Source: Alphaproteobacteria bacterium | GTDB taxonomy: Bacteria; Pseudomonadota; Alphaproteobacteria; MPNO01 | Direction of reading: 5' to 3' | Assembly (NCBI GenBank): GCA_964291675.2 | Contig: OZ219866.1 | Location: 128,001 to 192,000, forward strand | DNA length: 64,000 nucleotides | Shown: positions 41,585-51,808 of the stretch, in pieces | Numbering within the stretch: the stretch's first letter is position 1 | Layout: each line of letters opens with the position of its first letter | Notes under the pieces: model-generated | Told to the model about the DNA's origin: nothing | Databases searched by the model: none | The model's input: the letters and a program-made list of their open reading frames with translations, nothing else | Position numbers and translations under genes: made by a program

Positions 41585-42826
41585 TCAAGGCGGAGCGAGT
41601 CCGGCCTCGATGCTGCGGCGCCGTCCGGCCGTCCAGACCCAGGCGGCCGCCGGCAGCAGCAACGCGCTGGCGAGCGCCGCCTGGAACCCCCAGATGTCCG
41701 ACAGCGCCCCGACCGCGAGCAGGCCGACCGCCGGGCAGCCGAGCCAGAGCAGCCCGTAGAGGCCGAGCACCCGGCCGCGAAACGTCTCCGGCACGGTGTA
41801 CTGGACGATCGTCTGGATCCCGACGCCGCCCATGGCGAGCGCGAAAGCCGACAAGGCGAGGCAGGGCAGCGCGACCGCGAAGATGTCGGTGGCGACGAAG
41901 CCCGCCAGCGCCGCGACGAGGAGGATCGCCGAGCCGATCACGCGGCGCGGCAACCGTTCCGGCGTGCTGCGGCGCACCGCGAACAGCGCCCCCAGCATCG
42001 CCCCGACCCCGCCGGCCGAGGTCAGCCAGGCGAGCCCCATGGCGTCGCGCTCGAACACGGCGCCGGCGAAACCGGGCAGCAGCTCCGTCGCGGCGCGGCC
42101 GGCGAGCGAGATCGCGAATAGCAGCACGAATATCGGTCCGATCGCCGGGTGCGAGGCGGCGAGCCGGATGCCGTCGGCGATCTCGCGCGGAATCGCGGCC
42201 AGGGATTTTCCGCCGACCGCCTGGTGCCTCCGCACCGAAATGAGGTGCAGTGCGATCAGGAACGGCACATAGGTCACGACGTTGATGGCGATCGCCACGC
42301 CGGCGCCCCAGGCGAGGATGGCGATCCCGGCGAGCGCCGGGCCGATGGAGCGCGCCGCCTGCCACATCATCGAATTGACCGCGATCGCGCCCACCAGCTC
42401 CCGCGGCCTGACCATGTTGGCGATCAGGGCCTGGCGGAAGGGGTGGAAGATGGCGTGCAGGATTCCCGACACGAAGGTCAGCAGCACAAGGAGCTCGATG
42501 GTGATCAGCCCGGCGAGCACGAGGGAGGCGAGCGCGAGGGCCTGCGCCGACATCGCGTATTGCAGCAGCCGCGAGCTGGCGAGCCGGTCGAGCCGGTCGG
42601 CGAAGGCGCCCGCCACCGGGGTGAGGACGATCACCGGCAGCATGTCGGCAAAGGCGAGAACGCCGAGCCAGGTGCCGGATTCGGTGAGCTCCCAGGCGAG
42701 CCAGAGGACGGCGATCCGCTGGATCCAGGTGCCGAGCAGCGAGGGGATGCTGGCGAGCGCGTAAAGCCGGAAGTCGGGATTGCCGAACGCGAGCGCCACG
42801 CCTTCGAAGCCGAGAGCCCGCTTCAT
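41585..42826 (-). CDS. MFS transporter
   Basis: About 12 hydrophobic segments, GAFADRLDR motif A. Confidence 0.88.
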   Translation of the reverse strand: MKRALGFEGVALAFGNPDFRLYALASIPSLLGTWIQRIAVLWLAWELTESGTWLGVLAFADMLPVIVLTPVAGAFADRLDRLASSRLLQYAMSAQALALASLVLAGLITIELLVLLTFVSGILHAIFHPFRQALIANMVRPRELVGAIAVNSMMWQAARSIGPALAGIAILAWGAGVAIAINVVTYVPFLIALHLISVRRHQAVGGKSLAAIPREIADGIRLAASHPAIGPIFVLLFAISLAGRAATELLPGFAGAVFERDAMGLAWLTSAGGVGAMLGALFAVRRSTPERLPRRVIGSAILLVAALAGFVATDIFAVALPCLALSAFALAMGGVGIQTIVQYTVPETFRGRVLGLYGLLWLGCPAVGLLAVGALSDIWGFQAALASALLLPAAAWVWTAGRRRSIEAGLAPP

Positions 42827-42865
42827 CCGCGCCGGCCCCTTCCCGCACGACCCCGGCGCGCCGCC

Positions 42866-43678
42866 CTAGCGGCCGCGATAGACCGGCTTGCGCTTCCCGG
42901 CGAAGGCGGCGATGCCCTCCAGATAGTCGTCGGTCGTGCGTATCTTCTCGTAGGAATGGCCCTCCACGTCGAGCGCGACCTTGAGGCTGGTGTCGTAGGC
43001 GCTGTTGAGCACCCGCTTCAGCGACTGCATGGAGATCGGCGCGAGCGCATTCAGCCTCGCCGCGTAATCCTGCACCAGCGCAGTCAGCCCGTCGGCGTCC
43101 TCGGCGGTCGCGGTGAGCAGCCCCCAGTCGACCGCCTGCCCGGCCGGGATGCGCTTGCCGAGCATCACCATGTCCTTGGCGCGGGTGAGCCCGGCGATCC
43201 GCGCCACGCGGACGCTGCCGCCGGAGCCCGGCATCTGGCCGATCGCGCTCTCCGGCAGGGCCACCAGGCAATCCTCGGTCGCGAGGCGGAAATCGCAGGC
43301 GAGCGCGAGCTCGAACCCGACCCCGAAGCAGTACTTTTCCAGCGCGGCGATCACCGGCTTGCGGCAGCGCTCGGGCGTGCCGATGTTGTCGGCGAGGTCC
43401 GACATGCGGTTGCGCGGAATCGAGGGGAAGGACTTCACGTCGCCGCCCGAGGAGAACACGCCGTTCGCGCCGCGAATGCAGATCACGCCGATGTCGTCGT
43501 CCTCGTCCATCTCCTCCAGCAGGCCGCGGATTTGGTGACGCGCGCGGTAGGAGACGATGTTGAGCGGCGGCCGGTCGAGGATGACATGCCCGATCCGCCT
43601 CTCGGCATCGACTTCGGCGCGCAGGCCGTCGAGGTCGCGCAGCAGCGCCGCGCGCCGCTCGGCATAGTCGCGTTCCAT
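42866..43678 (-). CDS. hmfE: Crotonase-fold protein, HmfE-like (2-oxoglutaroyl-CoA hydrolase)
   Basis: LDRPPLNI, FSSGGD, YCFGVGFELALACDFR, LPESAIGQMPGSGGS; last gene of an ABCDE-like order. Confidence 0.7.
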   Translation of the reverse strand: MERDYAERRAALLRDLDGLRAEVDAERRIGHVILDRPPLNIVSYRARHQIRGLLEEMDEDDDIGVICIRGANGVFSSGGDVKSFPSIPRNRMSDLADNIGTPERCRKPVIAALEKYCFGVGFELALACDFRLATEDCLVALPESAIGQMPGSGGSVRVARIAGLTRAKDMVMLGKRIPAGQAVDWGLLTATAEDADGLTALVQDYAARLNALAPISMQSLKRVLNSAYDTSLKVALDVEGHSYEKIRTTDDYLEGIAAFAGKRKPVYRGR

Positions 43679-43700
43679 GGTTTCTCCTTCGGGCTCGGGT

Positions 43701-45269
43701 CTAGAGAGTGCTTGGGAAATCCGGCAGCACCGCGTACTCCCCGTCGCGCAGCAGGCGGCGCAGCAGCTTGCCGGAGGCCGAGCGCGGGATGCGGTCGACG
43801 AACACGTAGGCGCGCGGCCGCTTGAAGCGGGCGAGGTCGCTGGCGAGGCAGGCGGCGTCGAGCGCCTCGGCGCTGGCCTCGGGCGAGGCGGGCTCGACGA
43901 AGGCGACCACCTTCTGCCCCATCCGCTCGTCGGGCATGCCGACCACCGCCGCCTGGCGCACCAGGGGGAGCGCATCCAGCACGTCCTCGACCTCTTCGGG
44001 ATGGATGTTCTCGCCGCCCGAGATGATCATGTCGTCGACCCGGCCGACGAGGAACAGCTCGCCGTCCTCGTCGAAATAGCCGAGATCGCCGGTAAAATAC
44101 CAGCCGCCGCGGATCGCCTTGGCGTCGGAATCGGGCCGCTTCCAGTAGCCGGCGAAGGCATCGAGCCCGTCCATCGGGGCGATCACCTCGCCGATCTCGC
44201 CCTGCGGCAGGACCGCGTCCGGCCCGCTTTTGCATTCGGGATCGGCGAAGACGACGCGCAGCTCCTGGCCGGTCGCCGCGCGCCCGGCGCAGCCCGGCTT
44301 GTCGACCACGCGGTCGCAGCAGGAGAAGGAATAGACCTCCGACGATCCGTAGAAATTGACGAACGCCTCGGGTTCGAACACCTCGGCGCAGCGCCTGGTG
44401 AGCGCCGACGTCATCGACATCCCGGCGAAGCCGATATGGCGCACCGAGGAGAGGTCGGCGGCGGCGAGATCGGGGTGGTGGACCATGTCGTGGAACATCG
44501 TCGGCACCAGGAACAGCGCCTCGATGCGCTCCGCCGCGATCAACTCCAGCGCCGCGCCCGCATCGAAGCTCGGCAGGCAGACGAAGACGCCGTTGAGCGC
44601 CGTCGCCATCTCCAGCGCGCGCACGCCCATGGTGTGGAACAGCGGCATCACGCCGAGCTGCACCTCGCCGTAGCGATAGCGAAGATGGGCGATGCAGTTG
44701 AACGAGGCGTTGCGCTCGGCGTCGTGCGACCGGGGCACGCCCTTGGGCCGGCCGGTGGTCCCGGAGGTGTAGAGCATCAGGCAGGTCGAGGCGGGGTCCA
44801 CGTCGCGGTGCCCGACCCCGCCCGCCCGGCCGCCGAGATCCTCGAAGGCGGGGCCGTCTCCCGATGCGCCGCCGACGCGCACGCTGCGCCCGGTGGGAAA
44901 CCCGGTCGCGCGCAGCGCCTCGACCGCCGAGGCTTCCGAGCGCGGTTCGTAGAAGAACGCCGTCGCCTCGCAGTTCCCGATCACGAAGGCGAAGTCGTCC
45001 GCGCTGCCGCGCCAGTTGAAGGGGACGAAGCGAGCGCCGATGCGCTGGCACGCCCAGAACAGGCTCGCCGTCTCGACGCGGTTGGAAAGCACCGCCGACA
45101 CCGCGTCTCCGCTCTCCACCCCGAGCGCCGCCAGACCGGCGGCGAGGCGGCCGATTTCGGCGTCCCACCCGGCATAGGTCATCCTGACCGCGCCGTCGAC
45201 CACGGCGAGCGCGTCGGGCTCGCGCGCGACGGCGCGCGCGAAGACGGTATCGAGCGGAATGGAGGTCAC
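43701..45269 (-). CDS. hmfD: AMP-forming CoA ligase, HmfD-like (furoate-CoA ligase)
   Basis: YTSGTTGRPKG, YGSSE, TGDLG, GRVDDMIISGGENI. Confidence 0.75.
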   Translation of the reverse strand: MTSIPLDTVFARAVAREPDALAVVDGAVRMTYAGWDAEIGRLAAGLAALGVESGDAVSAVLSNRVETASLFWACQRIGARFVPFNWRGSADDFAFVIGNCEATAFFYEPRSEASAVEALRATGFPTGRSVRVGGASGDGPAFEDLGGRAGGVGHRDVDPASTCLMLYTSGTTGRPKGVPRSHDAERNASFNCIAHLRYRYGEVQLGVMPLFHTMGVRALEMATALNGVFVCLPSFDAGAALELIAAERIEALFLVPTMFHDMVHHPDLAAADLSSVRHIGFAGMSMTSALTRRCAEVFEPEAFVNFYGSSEVYSFSCCDRVVDKPGCAGRAATGQELRVVFADPECKSGPDAVLPQGEIGEVIAPMDGLDAFAGYWKRPDSDAKAIRGGWYFTGDLGYFDEDGELFLVGRVDDMIISGGENIHPEEVEDVLDALPLVRQAAVVGMPDERMGQKVVAFVEPASPEASAEALDAACLASDLARFKRPRAYVFVDRIPRSASGKLLRRLLRDGEYAVLPDFPSTL

Positions 45270-45754
45270 GACGTCTCCCCGGCCACGTCGAGGATCGCGC
45301 GCACCATGCCCTCATAGCCGGTGCAGCGGCAGATATGGCCCGACAGCATATCGCGCACCTCGTCCTCGGTCGGGTTCGGGTTGGTCTCGAGGAACTGCGT
45401 TGCCGAGATCAGGATTCCCGCCGTGCAGAACCCGCATTGCAGCGCGTGGCGCCGCCGGAACGCCTGCTGCAGCGGGCTCAGCGTGCCGCCATCGGCCAGC
45501 CCCTCGACGGTGCGGATCCGGGCGCCGTCGACCTGCACGGCGAGGCGCAGGCAGGAACGCACCGCGCGCCCGTCGATATCGACCGTGCAGGCGCCGCACA
45601 CGCCGTGCTCGCAGCCGACATGGGTGCCGAACAGTTTTAGCTCGTGGCGCAGAAAATCGCTCAACAGCGTCCGGGATTCGGCGAAGCCGGCACGCGGCCT
45701 GCCGTTCACCGTGACGGCGATACGGTGCCTGGTACCGGGTTTCACCCTCAGCAT
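45266..45754 (-). CDS. hmfC: Molybdo-flavoenzyme 2Fe-2S small subunit (HmfC/CoxS-like)
   Basis: GCEHGVCGAC, QCGFCTAG, CRCTGY. Confidence 0.8.
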   Translation of the reverse strand: MLRVKPGTRHRIAVTVNGRPRAGFAESRTLLSDFLRHELKLFGTHVGCEHGVCGACTVDIDGRAVRSCLRLAVQVDGARIRTVEGLADGGTLSPLQQAFRRRHALQCGFCTAGILISATQFLETNPNPTEDEVRDMLSGHICRCTGYEGMVRAILDVAGETS

Positions 45755-46620
45755 GGCGGGACGGCCGCTCTCGCCATGGACCGTTCGAGGACCCGCGCGC
45801 CGAGCACCCGGACGAGCTGGCGCCGGTAGGCGGCGCTCGCCTTGGGGTCCTCGATCGGGTCGACCCGGTCCGCCGCCAGCGCCGCGGCCTCGGCGGCGGT
45901 CGCGGGCGTCGCCGGCGCGCCGGCGAAATCCGCGAGATCCGCAAGCCGCGGACGGTCCTCGACGCCGCCGAGGCCGAGCGACAGCGCCGCGACGGTGCCG
46001 CCGGCGCCGACGGCCGCCGACGCCGCGACCGCGGCGATCGCGAAATCGCCGTGGCGCTGGGCGATCTCGGCGAACGCATGGCCGGCCCCTTTCCCGCGGC
46101 GTGGCCAGCGCAGCGCGGTTACGATCTCTTCGGGCTCGCGCGCGGTAACGAATATGCCCTCGAAGAAGTCTTCCGCCGGCACGGTCCGCACGCGGTCCTT
46201 GCGCCGCAGCGCGATCTCGCCCCCGAGCGTCAGCAGCGCCAGCGGGATCTCGGCGCTCGGGTCGGCGTGGCAGACCGAGCCGCCCAGCGTTCCCCGGTTG
46301 CGCGTCTGGAAATGCCCGACGAAGGGTAGCACCTCGGCGAGCAGGGGCACGGCGTCGCGGAGCCATCCGCAGCCGAGCGCGTCGACCTGGCGGCAGAGCG
46401 CGCCGGTCTCGACCCCGCCGTCGGCTTCCCGGATGCCGGCGAGCGCCGCGACCGGGTTGATGTCGACGACGGCGGCGGGTCTCGCCAGCCGCATGTTGAG
46501 CATCGGGCCGAGCGACATCCCCCCGGCAAGCACCGAGGCCTCGGCGCCGAACTCCGCCATCAGCTCCAGCGCCTCGTCGAGCGTATCGGCCCGGCAGTAT
46601 TCGAACGGCGCGGGCTTCAC
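45748..46620 (-). CDS. hmfB: Molybdo-flavoenzyme FAD subunit (HmfB/CoxM-like)
   Basis: KPAPFEY, AGGMSL, RNRGTLGGS, RHGDFA; GTG start. Confidence 0.8.
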   Translation of the reverse strand: MKPAPFEYCRADTLDEALELMAEFGAEASVLAGGMSLGPMLNMRLARPAAVVDINPVAALAGIREADGGVETGALCRQVDALGCGWLRDAVPLLAEVLPFVGHFQTRNRGTLGGSVCHADPSAEIPLALLTLGGEIALRRKDRVRTVPAEDFFEGIFVTAREPEEIVTALRWPRRGKGAGHAFAEIAQRHGDFAIAAVAASAAVGAGGTVAALSLGLGGVEDRPRLADLADFAGAPATPATAAEAAALAADRVDPIEDPKASAAYRRQLVRVLGARVLERSMARAAVPPC

Positions 46621-49028
46621 CCGGCACCCCCGGCTTCGGCCGCCAGCTCCCACAGCCTGTTCAGGGTGAACGGCGGCTCGACATCCTCGCGCCCGAGCGC
46701 GTCGGCGACCGCGTTGGCGATTGCCGTCGGCGCCAGCATCGAACAGCCGTCGCCCATCCCCTTGGCGCCGAGCGCGGTGTGCGGCGAGGGCGTGTCGACA
46801 TGGCCGATGGTGAGCTTCGGCATCTCGGGCGCGGTGATGCAGAGATAGTCGGCGAAGCTGCCCGAAAGCGGGTTGCCGTCGGCGTCGTAGACCATCTCCT
46901 CCATCAGCGCGCCGGCGATGCCGTGGGCGAACCCGCCGACGATCTGACCCTCCACGATCAGCGGGTTGAGCTGGGCGCCGACATCGTGCACCGAGACGTA
47001 TTTCCGGACCTCGATTCGGCCGGTGCCGGGATCGATCTCGACCGCCGCGAGGTCGCAGATGAAGCCGAAGGTTACCGCCGAGGCCACCCGGTCCTGCTCG
47101 TCGGGCGGGCCGAGCTCGGGCGGCGACAGGATCGCCGTCTCGAAGACACCCGGCGCCATGCCGTCGGGGAGCCCGGCCGGGTGCCAGTGGGTCTTGGCGG
47201 CGACGCGGCGGAAGGGCAGCGATTTTTCCGGCACGCCCACCACCCGGGCGGCGCCGCCGGCGAGCTCGACATCCTCGGCCGCGACCTCGAGGTCCTCGGC
47301 GGCGACCTTGCGGATCTTCTCGGCGACCGACCGCGCCGCCTCGCCGATGGCGTCGACCACCACCGAGGAGAACCGGTTCGCGTAGTTGCCCGAGGCGAGC
47401 GACCAGGCGCCGGTCAGCGTGTCGATCTCGGTCACCACGTCGATGTCGTCGGGCGCAAGCCCGAGCGCATCCGCCGTCACCTGCGCCGCGACCGTGGCGT
47501 GGCCCTGCCCGGCCGGGGTGGAGACCGTCTTTACGGTCACCGAGCCGGACGGGTCGATGGAGATCGTGCAGGTGCCGAGCCCGCCCGACCGGCCGCCCGC
47601 GCGGGCGCGCTCCTCGGGCGTCTGTGCGAGCGTGACATAGGCCATGTTGGAGCCCGAGGGCTCGACCGCCGCCGCCAGGCCGATGCCGAACGGCCTTCCC
47701 TCGGCCTTCGCCCGGTCGCGCTCGGCGCGGAGCGCGTCGTAGCCGGCGAGCTCCAGCGTCTTGTCGAGCGCCGCCTCGTAGTCGCCCGCGTCGTAGAGCG
47801 CCCCGGCCGGCGCGCGGTAGGGGAAGGCGTCGCGGGGCACGAAGTTGCGCCGCCTGATCTCGGCGATGTCGATGCCGAGCGCGCGGGCGCCGGCGTCCAT
47901 CGCCCGCTCCAGCGCGAAGAAGAACTGCGGACCGCCATAGCCCCGGTTGAGGCCGATCGGCAGGCGGTTGGTGGTCACCAGCCGATTGTTCACAGCGATG
48001 TCGCGCACCCGGTACGCGCCGTTCGACGCCGAGTGCATGCGATAGACCGAGGCGGGCTCGGGCGCGCGGATATAGGCGCCGACATCGACCGTGTTGCGGA
48101 AGCGGAGCCCGGTCAGCGTGCCGTCGCTGCGGAACGCGGCCTCGACGGCGTCCTCGCGGTTCGACGCGGAGGAGGAGCCCACCAGATGCTCGAGCCGGTC
48201 CTCGATCCACTTGAGCGGCACTTCCAGCAGGCGGCTCGCCGCGGCGAGCAGCACCAGATAGGGGTACATGCCCTGCTTGATGCCGAAGCTGCCGCCGCTC
48301 TGCGGCGCGGTGATCAGGCGCAGCCGGTTGCCCGGCACGCCGAGCGCGCCCGCCATCAGCGCGTGCAGGATGAACGGCCCCTGAAAGTTGGACCAGATCG
48401 TGTAGCGGTCGGGCGCCGGCTCGAACTGCGCGACGGCGCCGTAGGTTTCCATCGGCGTCGAGGAATAGCGCGGGAAGGTCCAGTCCAGCCGGACGATGCG
48501 GTCGGCCTCGGCGAAGGCGGTCTCCGGGTCGCCGTAGCGGAATTCGCGGTGGTGGACGACGTTGGAGCCGACGGCCTCGTGCAGCAATGCCGCGTCGTGT
48601 TCCATCGCCGCCTTCAGGTCGATGACGGGCGGCAGCGGCCGGTAATCCACCTCGATGAGTTCGAGCGCGTCCTCGGCGACGTAGCGGTCGTCGGCGGCGA
48701 CCAGGGCGACCGGCTCGCCGGCATAGCGCACCTTCTCGAGCGCGATGGGGTAGTAGTCGATGGGCACCCTGACGGCGCTCGGGATCGGCCCGATGGCGGC
48801 GGCGATTTGGGCGCCGGTCAGCACGCCGTGGACGCCGGGATGCGCGGCTGCGCGGGCCACGTCGACCGAGCGGATTTCGGCATGGGCGTGCGGCGAGCGC
48901 AGCAGGGCGGCGTGGCGGATGCCGGGCACCGGCTCCATGTCGTCGATGAACCGCGCGTGCCCGGTGAGGAGCGCCTCGTCCTCCTTGCGCGGGACCGGAG
49001 CCCCGACCCAGCCTTCGCCCGCGCTCAT
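46617..49028 (-). CDS. hmfA: Xanthine dehydrogenase-family molybdopterin large subunit (HmfA-like)
   Basis: RKEDEALLTG, GGSFGIK, RGYGGPQ, GQGHAT, GAKGMGDG; lacks the CoxL AY(R)CSFR motif. Confidence 0.8.
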   Translation of the reverse strand: MSAGEGWVGAPVPRKEDEALLTGHARFIDDMEPVPGIRHAALLRSPHAHAEIRSVDVARAAAHPGVHGVLTGAQIAAAIGPIPSAVRVPIDYYPIALEKVRYAGEPVALVAADDRYVAEDALELIEVDYRPLPPVIDLKAAMEHDAALLHEAVGSNVVHHREFRYGDPETAFAEADRIVRLDWTFPRYSSTPMETYGAVAQFEPAPDRYTIWSNFQGPFILHALMAGALGVPGNRLRLITAPQSGGSFGIKQGMYPYLVLLAAASRLLEVPLKWIEDRLEHLVGSSSASNREDAVEAAFRSDGTLTGLRFRNTVDVGAYIRAPEPASVYRMHSASNGAYRVRDIAVNNRLVTTNRLPIGLNRGYGGPQFFFALERAMDAGARALGIDIAEIRRRNFVPRDAFPYRAPAGALYDAGDYEAALDKTLELAGYDALRAERDRAKAEGRPFGIGLAAAVEPSGSNMAYVTLAQTPEERARAGGRSGGLGTCTISIDPSGSVTVKTVSTPAGQGHATVAAQVTADALGLAPDDIDVVTEIDTLTGAWSLASGNYANRFSSVVVDAIGEAARSVAEKIRKVAAEDLEVAAEDVELAGGAARVVGVPEKSLPFRRVAAKTHWHPAGLPDGMAPGVFETAILSPPELGPPDEQDRVASAVTFGFICDLAAVEIDPGTGRIEVRKYVSVHDVGAQLNPLIVEGQIVGGFAHGIAGALMEEMVYDADGNPLSGSFADYLCITAPEMPKLTIGHVDTPSPHTALGAKGMGDGCSMLAPTAIANAVADALGREDVEPPFTLNRLWELAAEAGGAG

Positions 49029-49582
49029 CTTGCGTTGAGAGCCTCCGCCGTCGCCAGGTAGTCCTCGATCATGCCGCGCAGCATGCTGGCGAGCGCGTCG
49101 TTGCCGAGCTTGCCGTCCTCGCCATAGGCCTGGCCCGCCTGGGCGAGTGCGAACACCTTGGGGTAGACCCAGCAGCCCAGCACTTCGAGCGGCAGGCGGA
49201 GGCTCATCAGCCCGCGCGCGCCGCCGACCAGCGACGGCGAGGCCGAGAGCAGCAGCGCCGACTTGCGGTCCAGCGGCACCGGCTGCATGCGGGACAGCCA
49301 GTCGATCGCGTTCTTGATGGTTCCGGGCGCCCCCCAGTTGTATTCCGGCGAGGCGAGCAGCCAGGCATCGGCGCCGGCGATGCGCGCACCGAGCGCCTCG
49401 GCGCCGGCGGGAACGCCCGATTCCTCCTGCAGGTCGCCATCGTAGAGCGGGATGTCGAAGTCGCGGAACTCGGCGTGGTCGACCTGGTGACCGCATTCGC
49501 GGACAATGTCCTCGGCGAGCAAGAGGAGGCGCCGGTTGATCGAGTCCTTCCTGAACGACGCGGCGAGCCCGAATACCTTCAT
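49025..49582 (-). CDS. NADPH-dependent FMN reductase
   Basis: ASFRKDSIN, SPEYNWGAPGTIKNAIDW. Confidence 0.88.
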   Translation of the reverse strand: MKVFGLAASFRKDSINRRLLLLAEDIVRECGHQVDHAEFRDFDIPLYDGDLQEESGVPAGAEALGARIAGADAWLLASPEYNWGAPGTIKNAIDWLSRMQPVPLDRKSALLLSASPSLVGGARGLMSLRLPLEVLGCWVYPKVFALAQAGQAYGEDGKLGNDALASMLRGMIEDYLATAEALNAR

Positions 49583-49614
49583 GTCGCGAATGTCCTCCCT
49601 GGCGGCGCGGCCGG

Positions 49615-50115
49615 ATGCCGGCGGCAGAACATAGCGACGGCGCGCAGGGCGGTCCACGCCCGCCCCGGCGCGAAATCTCCATCCGGGACGCGGACGGGCC
49701 GGCCGGCATGGCCGCCTGTCTCGCCATCCGCCGGGAGGTCTTCTGCGTCGAGCAGGGGGTGTCCGAAGAGCTCGAAATCGACGGCCGGGACCCGGAATGC
49801 CGGCATTTTCTCCTGCGCCTGGACGGGCGCGCGGTCGGCACCGCGCGCGTCCGCCCGCTCGAGCCCGGCGTCGCCAAGATCGAGCGCGTCGCCATCCTCG
49901 CCCGCCATCGCGGCGGCGGGCTCGGCAGCGCGCTGATGCGCCATTTGCTGCGGCAGCTCGACGATGCGGGCTGCGCCACCGCGCTGCTCCACGCCCAGGC
50001 GCATAGCGAGACCTTCTACCGCGCGCTCGGCTTCGCGACCGAGGGCGCGCCCTTCGAGGAGGCCGGGATCCCGCATGTCCGCATGACCCGCAAATCCCCG
50101 CCACCGGGGAATTGA
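49615..50115 (+). CDS. GNAT acetyltransferase (ElaA-like)
   Basis: IRREVFCVEQ, RGGGLG, FYRALGF, EAGIPH. Confidence 0.85.
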   Translation: MPAAEHSDGAQGGPRPPRREISIRDADGPAGMAACLAIRREVFCVEQGVSEELEIDGRDPECRHFLLRLDGRAVGTARVRPLEPGVAKIERVAILARHRGGGLGSALMRHLLRQLDDAGCATALLHAQAHSETFYRALGFATEGAPFEEAGIPHVRMTRKSPPPGN

Positions 50116-50191
50116 GTCGCGGGGCCTGATTTGGTCTGATGGGGAATCGCCAGGGGCCGGCACGGGACCGGCGCAGACAAGGAGATGGACG

Positions 50192-51205
50192 ATGACAGGC
50201 TTCAAGTGGCTGGCCGTTGCGGCGGCCGGCATTCTGACGGCGGGCGGCGCGCTGGCGCAGAGCCCGGCCGATTTCTACAAGGACCGCCAGGTGACCATCC
50301 TGCACGGATTCGGCGTCGGCGGGACCTACGGCAAGACCTCGCTGTCGCTGGCCGAGGCGCTCAAGCCGCTCCTGGGCACGGATTCGATCATCGTCCAGAA
50401 CCGGACCGGCAGCGGCGGGCTGAAGATGACCAACTACGCCTACAACGTCGCGCCGAAGGACGGCTCGGTCCTGCTGATGCTGCCCGACACCCTGGTCGTC
50501 ACCCAGCTCACCCGCCCCAAGGCGGCGAAGTACGAGGCCGACAAGTTCACCTTCATCGGCGGCGCGCTCAAGGTGAACTCGCTGATGGCGGTCAGGAGCG
50601 ACACCGGCGTCAAGCAGTGGACCGACCTCAAGACCACGGAAGTGCCCTTCGCCTCCTCCGGCGTCGGCTCGCAGACCTACCAGGTCCCGGCGATCGTCAA
50701 CGGCCTGCTCGGCACCAGGATCAAGATCGTCAAGGGCTATCGCGGCTCGCGCAAGATGCTGCTGGCGATGGAGCAAGGCGAGGTCTCGGGCGTCAACTTC
50801 ACCTGGCTCGCCTTCAAGACAAACCGCGAGGTGTGGTTCAAGAACGGCTTCGCGGTGCCGCTGATCCAGATGGGGCCGGAGCCCGAGGCGGAGCTCGCCA
50901 ACGTGCCGATGCTCAAGGACCTGGTGGCCGCCGAGGACCGGCCGATCATCGGCTTCATGTCGACCCTGGTCGCCATCGGCCGCAGCCTCGCCGTCGCGCC
51001 GGGCGTCCCGCAGGACAGGATCGCCTTCCTGCGCGGGGCCTTCGCCAAGGCCGTCGCCACGCCCGCTTTCGCGGCCTCGATGAAGAAGAGCAAGCTCAGG
51101 GTCACCCCGAGCACGGGCGAGGAGATCCAGAAGGTGGTCAACGACAGCCTCAAGATCGACGACGCGACCCTTGCCAAGGCGCGCAAGCTGCTGGCCAGCA
51201 AGTAG
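50192..51205 (+). CDS. Bug/TctC-family substrate-binding protein
   Basis: Signal peptide, GGTYG, QNRTGSGG, APKDG, YRGS. Confidence 0.85.
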   Translation: MTGFKWLAVAAAGILTAGGALAQSPADFYKDRQVTILHGFGVGGTYGKTSLSLAEALKPLLGTDSIIVQNRTGSGGLKMTNYAYNVAPKDGSVLLMLPDTLVVTQLTRPKAAKYEADKFTFIGGALKVNSLMAVRSDTGVKQWTDLKTTEVPFASSGVGSQTYQVPAIVNGLLGTRIKIVKGYRGSRKMLLAMEQGEVSGVNFTWLAFKTNREVWFKNGFAVPLIQMGPEPEAELANVPMLKDLVAAEDRPIIGFMSTLVAIGRSLAVAPGVPQDRIAFLRGAFAKAVATPAFAASMKKSKLRVTPSTGEEIQKVVNDSLKIDDATLAKARKLLASK

Positions 51206-51366
51206 CCGCGCGTCCGTTTCGTACCGGGACGCCCCGGCCCCGCCGGGCCGGGGCGCCCCGTCCGCCCCGCCGTCGGCAGCACGCGCTTGCGGGGCCTATA
51301 CCTCCCCAAAAAGGAAACGATGGGCGGGCCTCTTCCCCGCGCCCCGCGCCGTGCCATATAGCTGGT

Positions 51367-51765
51367 ATGGACGGGCAGCTGACAACCATCGACGGACCCT
51401 TCGGAATGGACCGCGACCCGACCGTCAACCGGGAGAAGCTGGAAGCGGACGAGGCGGTGGTCCGCGGCGGTTTCCGCCGCAAGCTGCGCACGACGCTCGG
51501 CAAGGTGCCGTTCCTGGAAGACGCGGTGGCCGCGTTCTACTGCGCGGTCGACGGCGACACCCCGCTCTACGTCAAGGCGATGCTGATGGGCGCGATCGCC
51601 TATTTCATCACCCCGACCGACGTCATCCCGGACTTCATCGCCGGCCTCGGATATACCGACGACGCGGCGGTGCTGATGGCGGCGATCAGGGCGGTCGGAA
51701 GCAGCCTGAAGCCGGTGCACCGCGAGCGCGCCCGGCGGGTCCTCTCCGAGATGGGCGAGGAGTAG
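51367..51765 (+). CDS. YkvA/DUF1232 family protein
   Basis: AYFITPTDVIPDFIAGLGYTDDAAV. Confidence 0.85.
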   Translation: MDGQLTTIDGPFGMDRDPTVNREKLEADEAVVRGGFRRKLRTTLGKVPFLEDAVAAFYCAVDGDTPLYVKAMLMGAIAYFITPTDVIPDFIAGLGYTDDAAVLMAAIRAVGSSLKPVHRERARRVLSEMGEE

Positions 51766-51808
51766 CGGCCTTCTGGACACCGCCACGGGCGGACTCCATC
51801 ATCCGCCG

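Noticed and set aside
45266-49028. Aerobic CO dehydrogenase (coxLMS)
   Set aside because: The large subunit has NRGYGGPQ rather than the CoxL AY(R)CSFR motif, and the context fits hmfABCDE.
39535-50776. Apparent fusion ORFs in the track (39535..41316, 45748..48210, 46617..49979, 49025..50776)
   Set aside because: The N-terminal extensions are off-frame read-through over upstream genes; the true starts are at coupled ATG/GTG codons.
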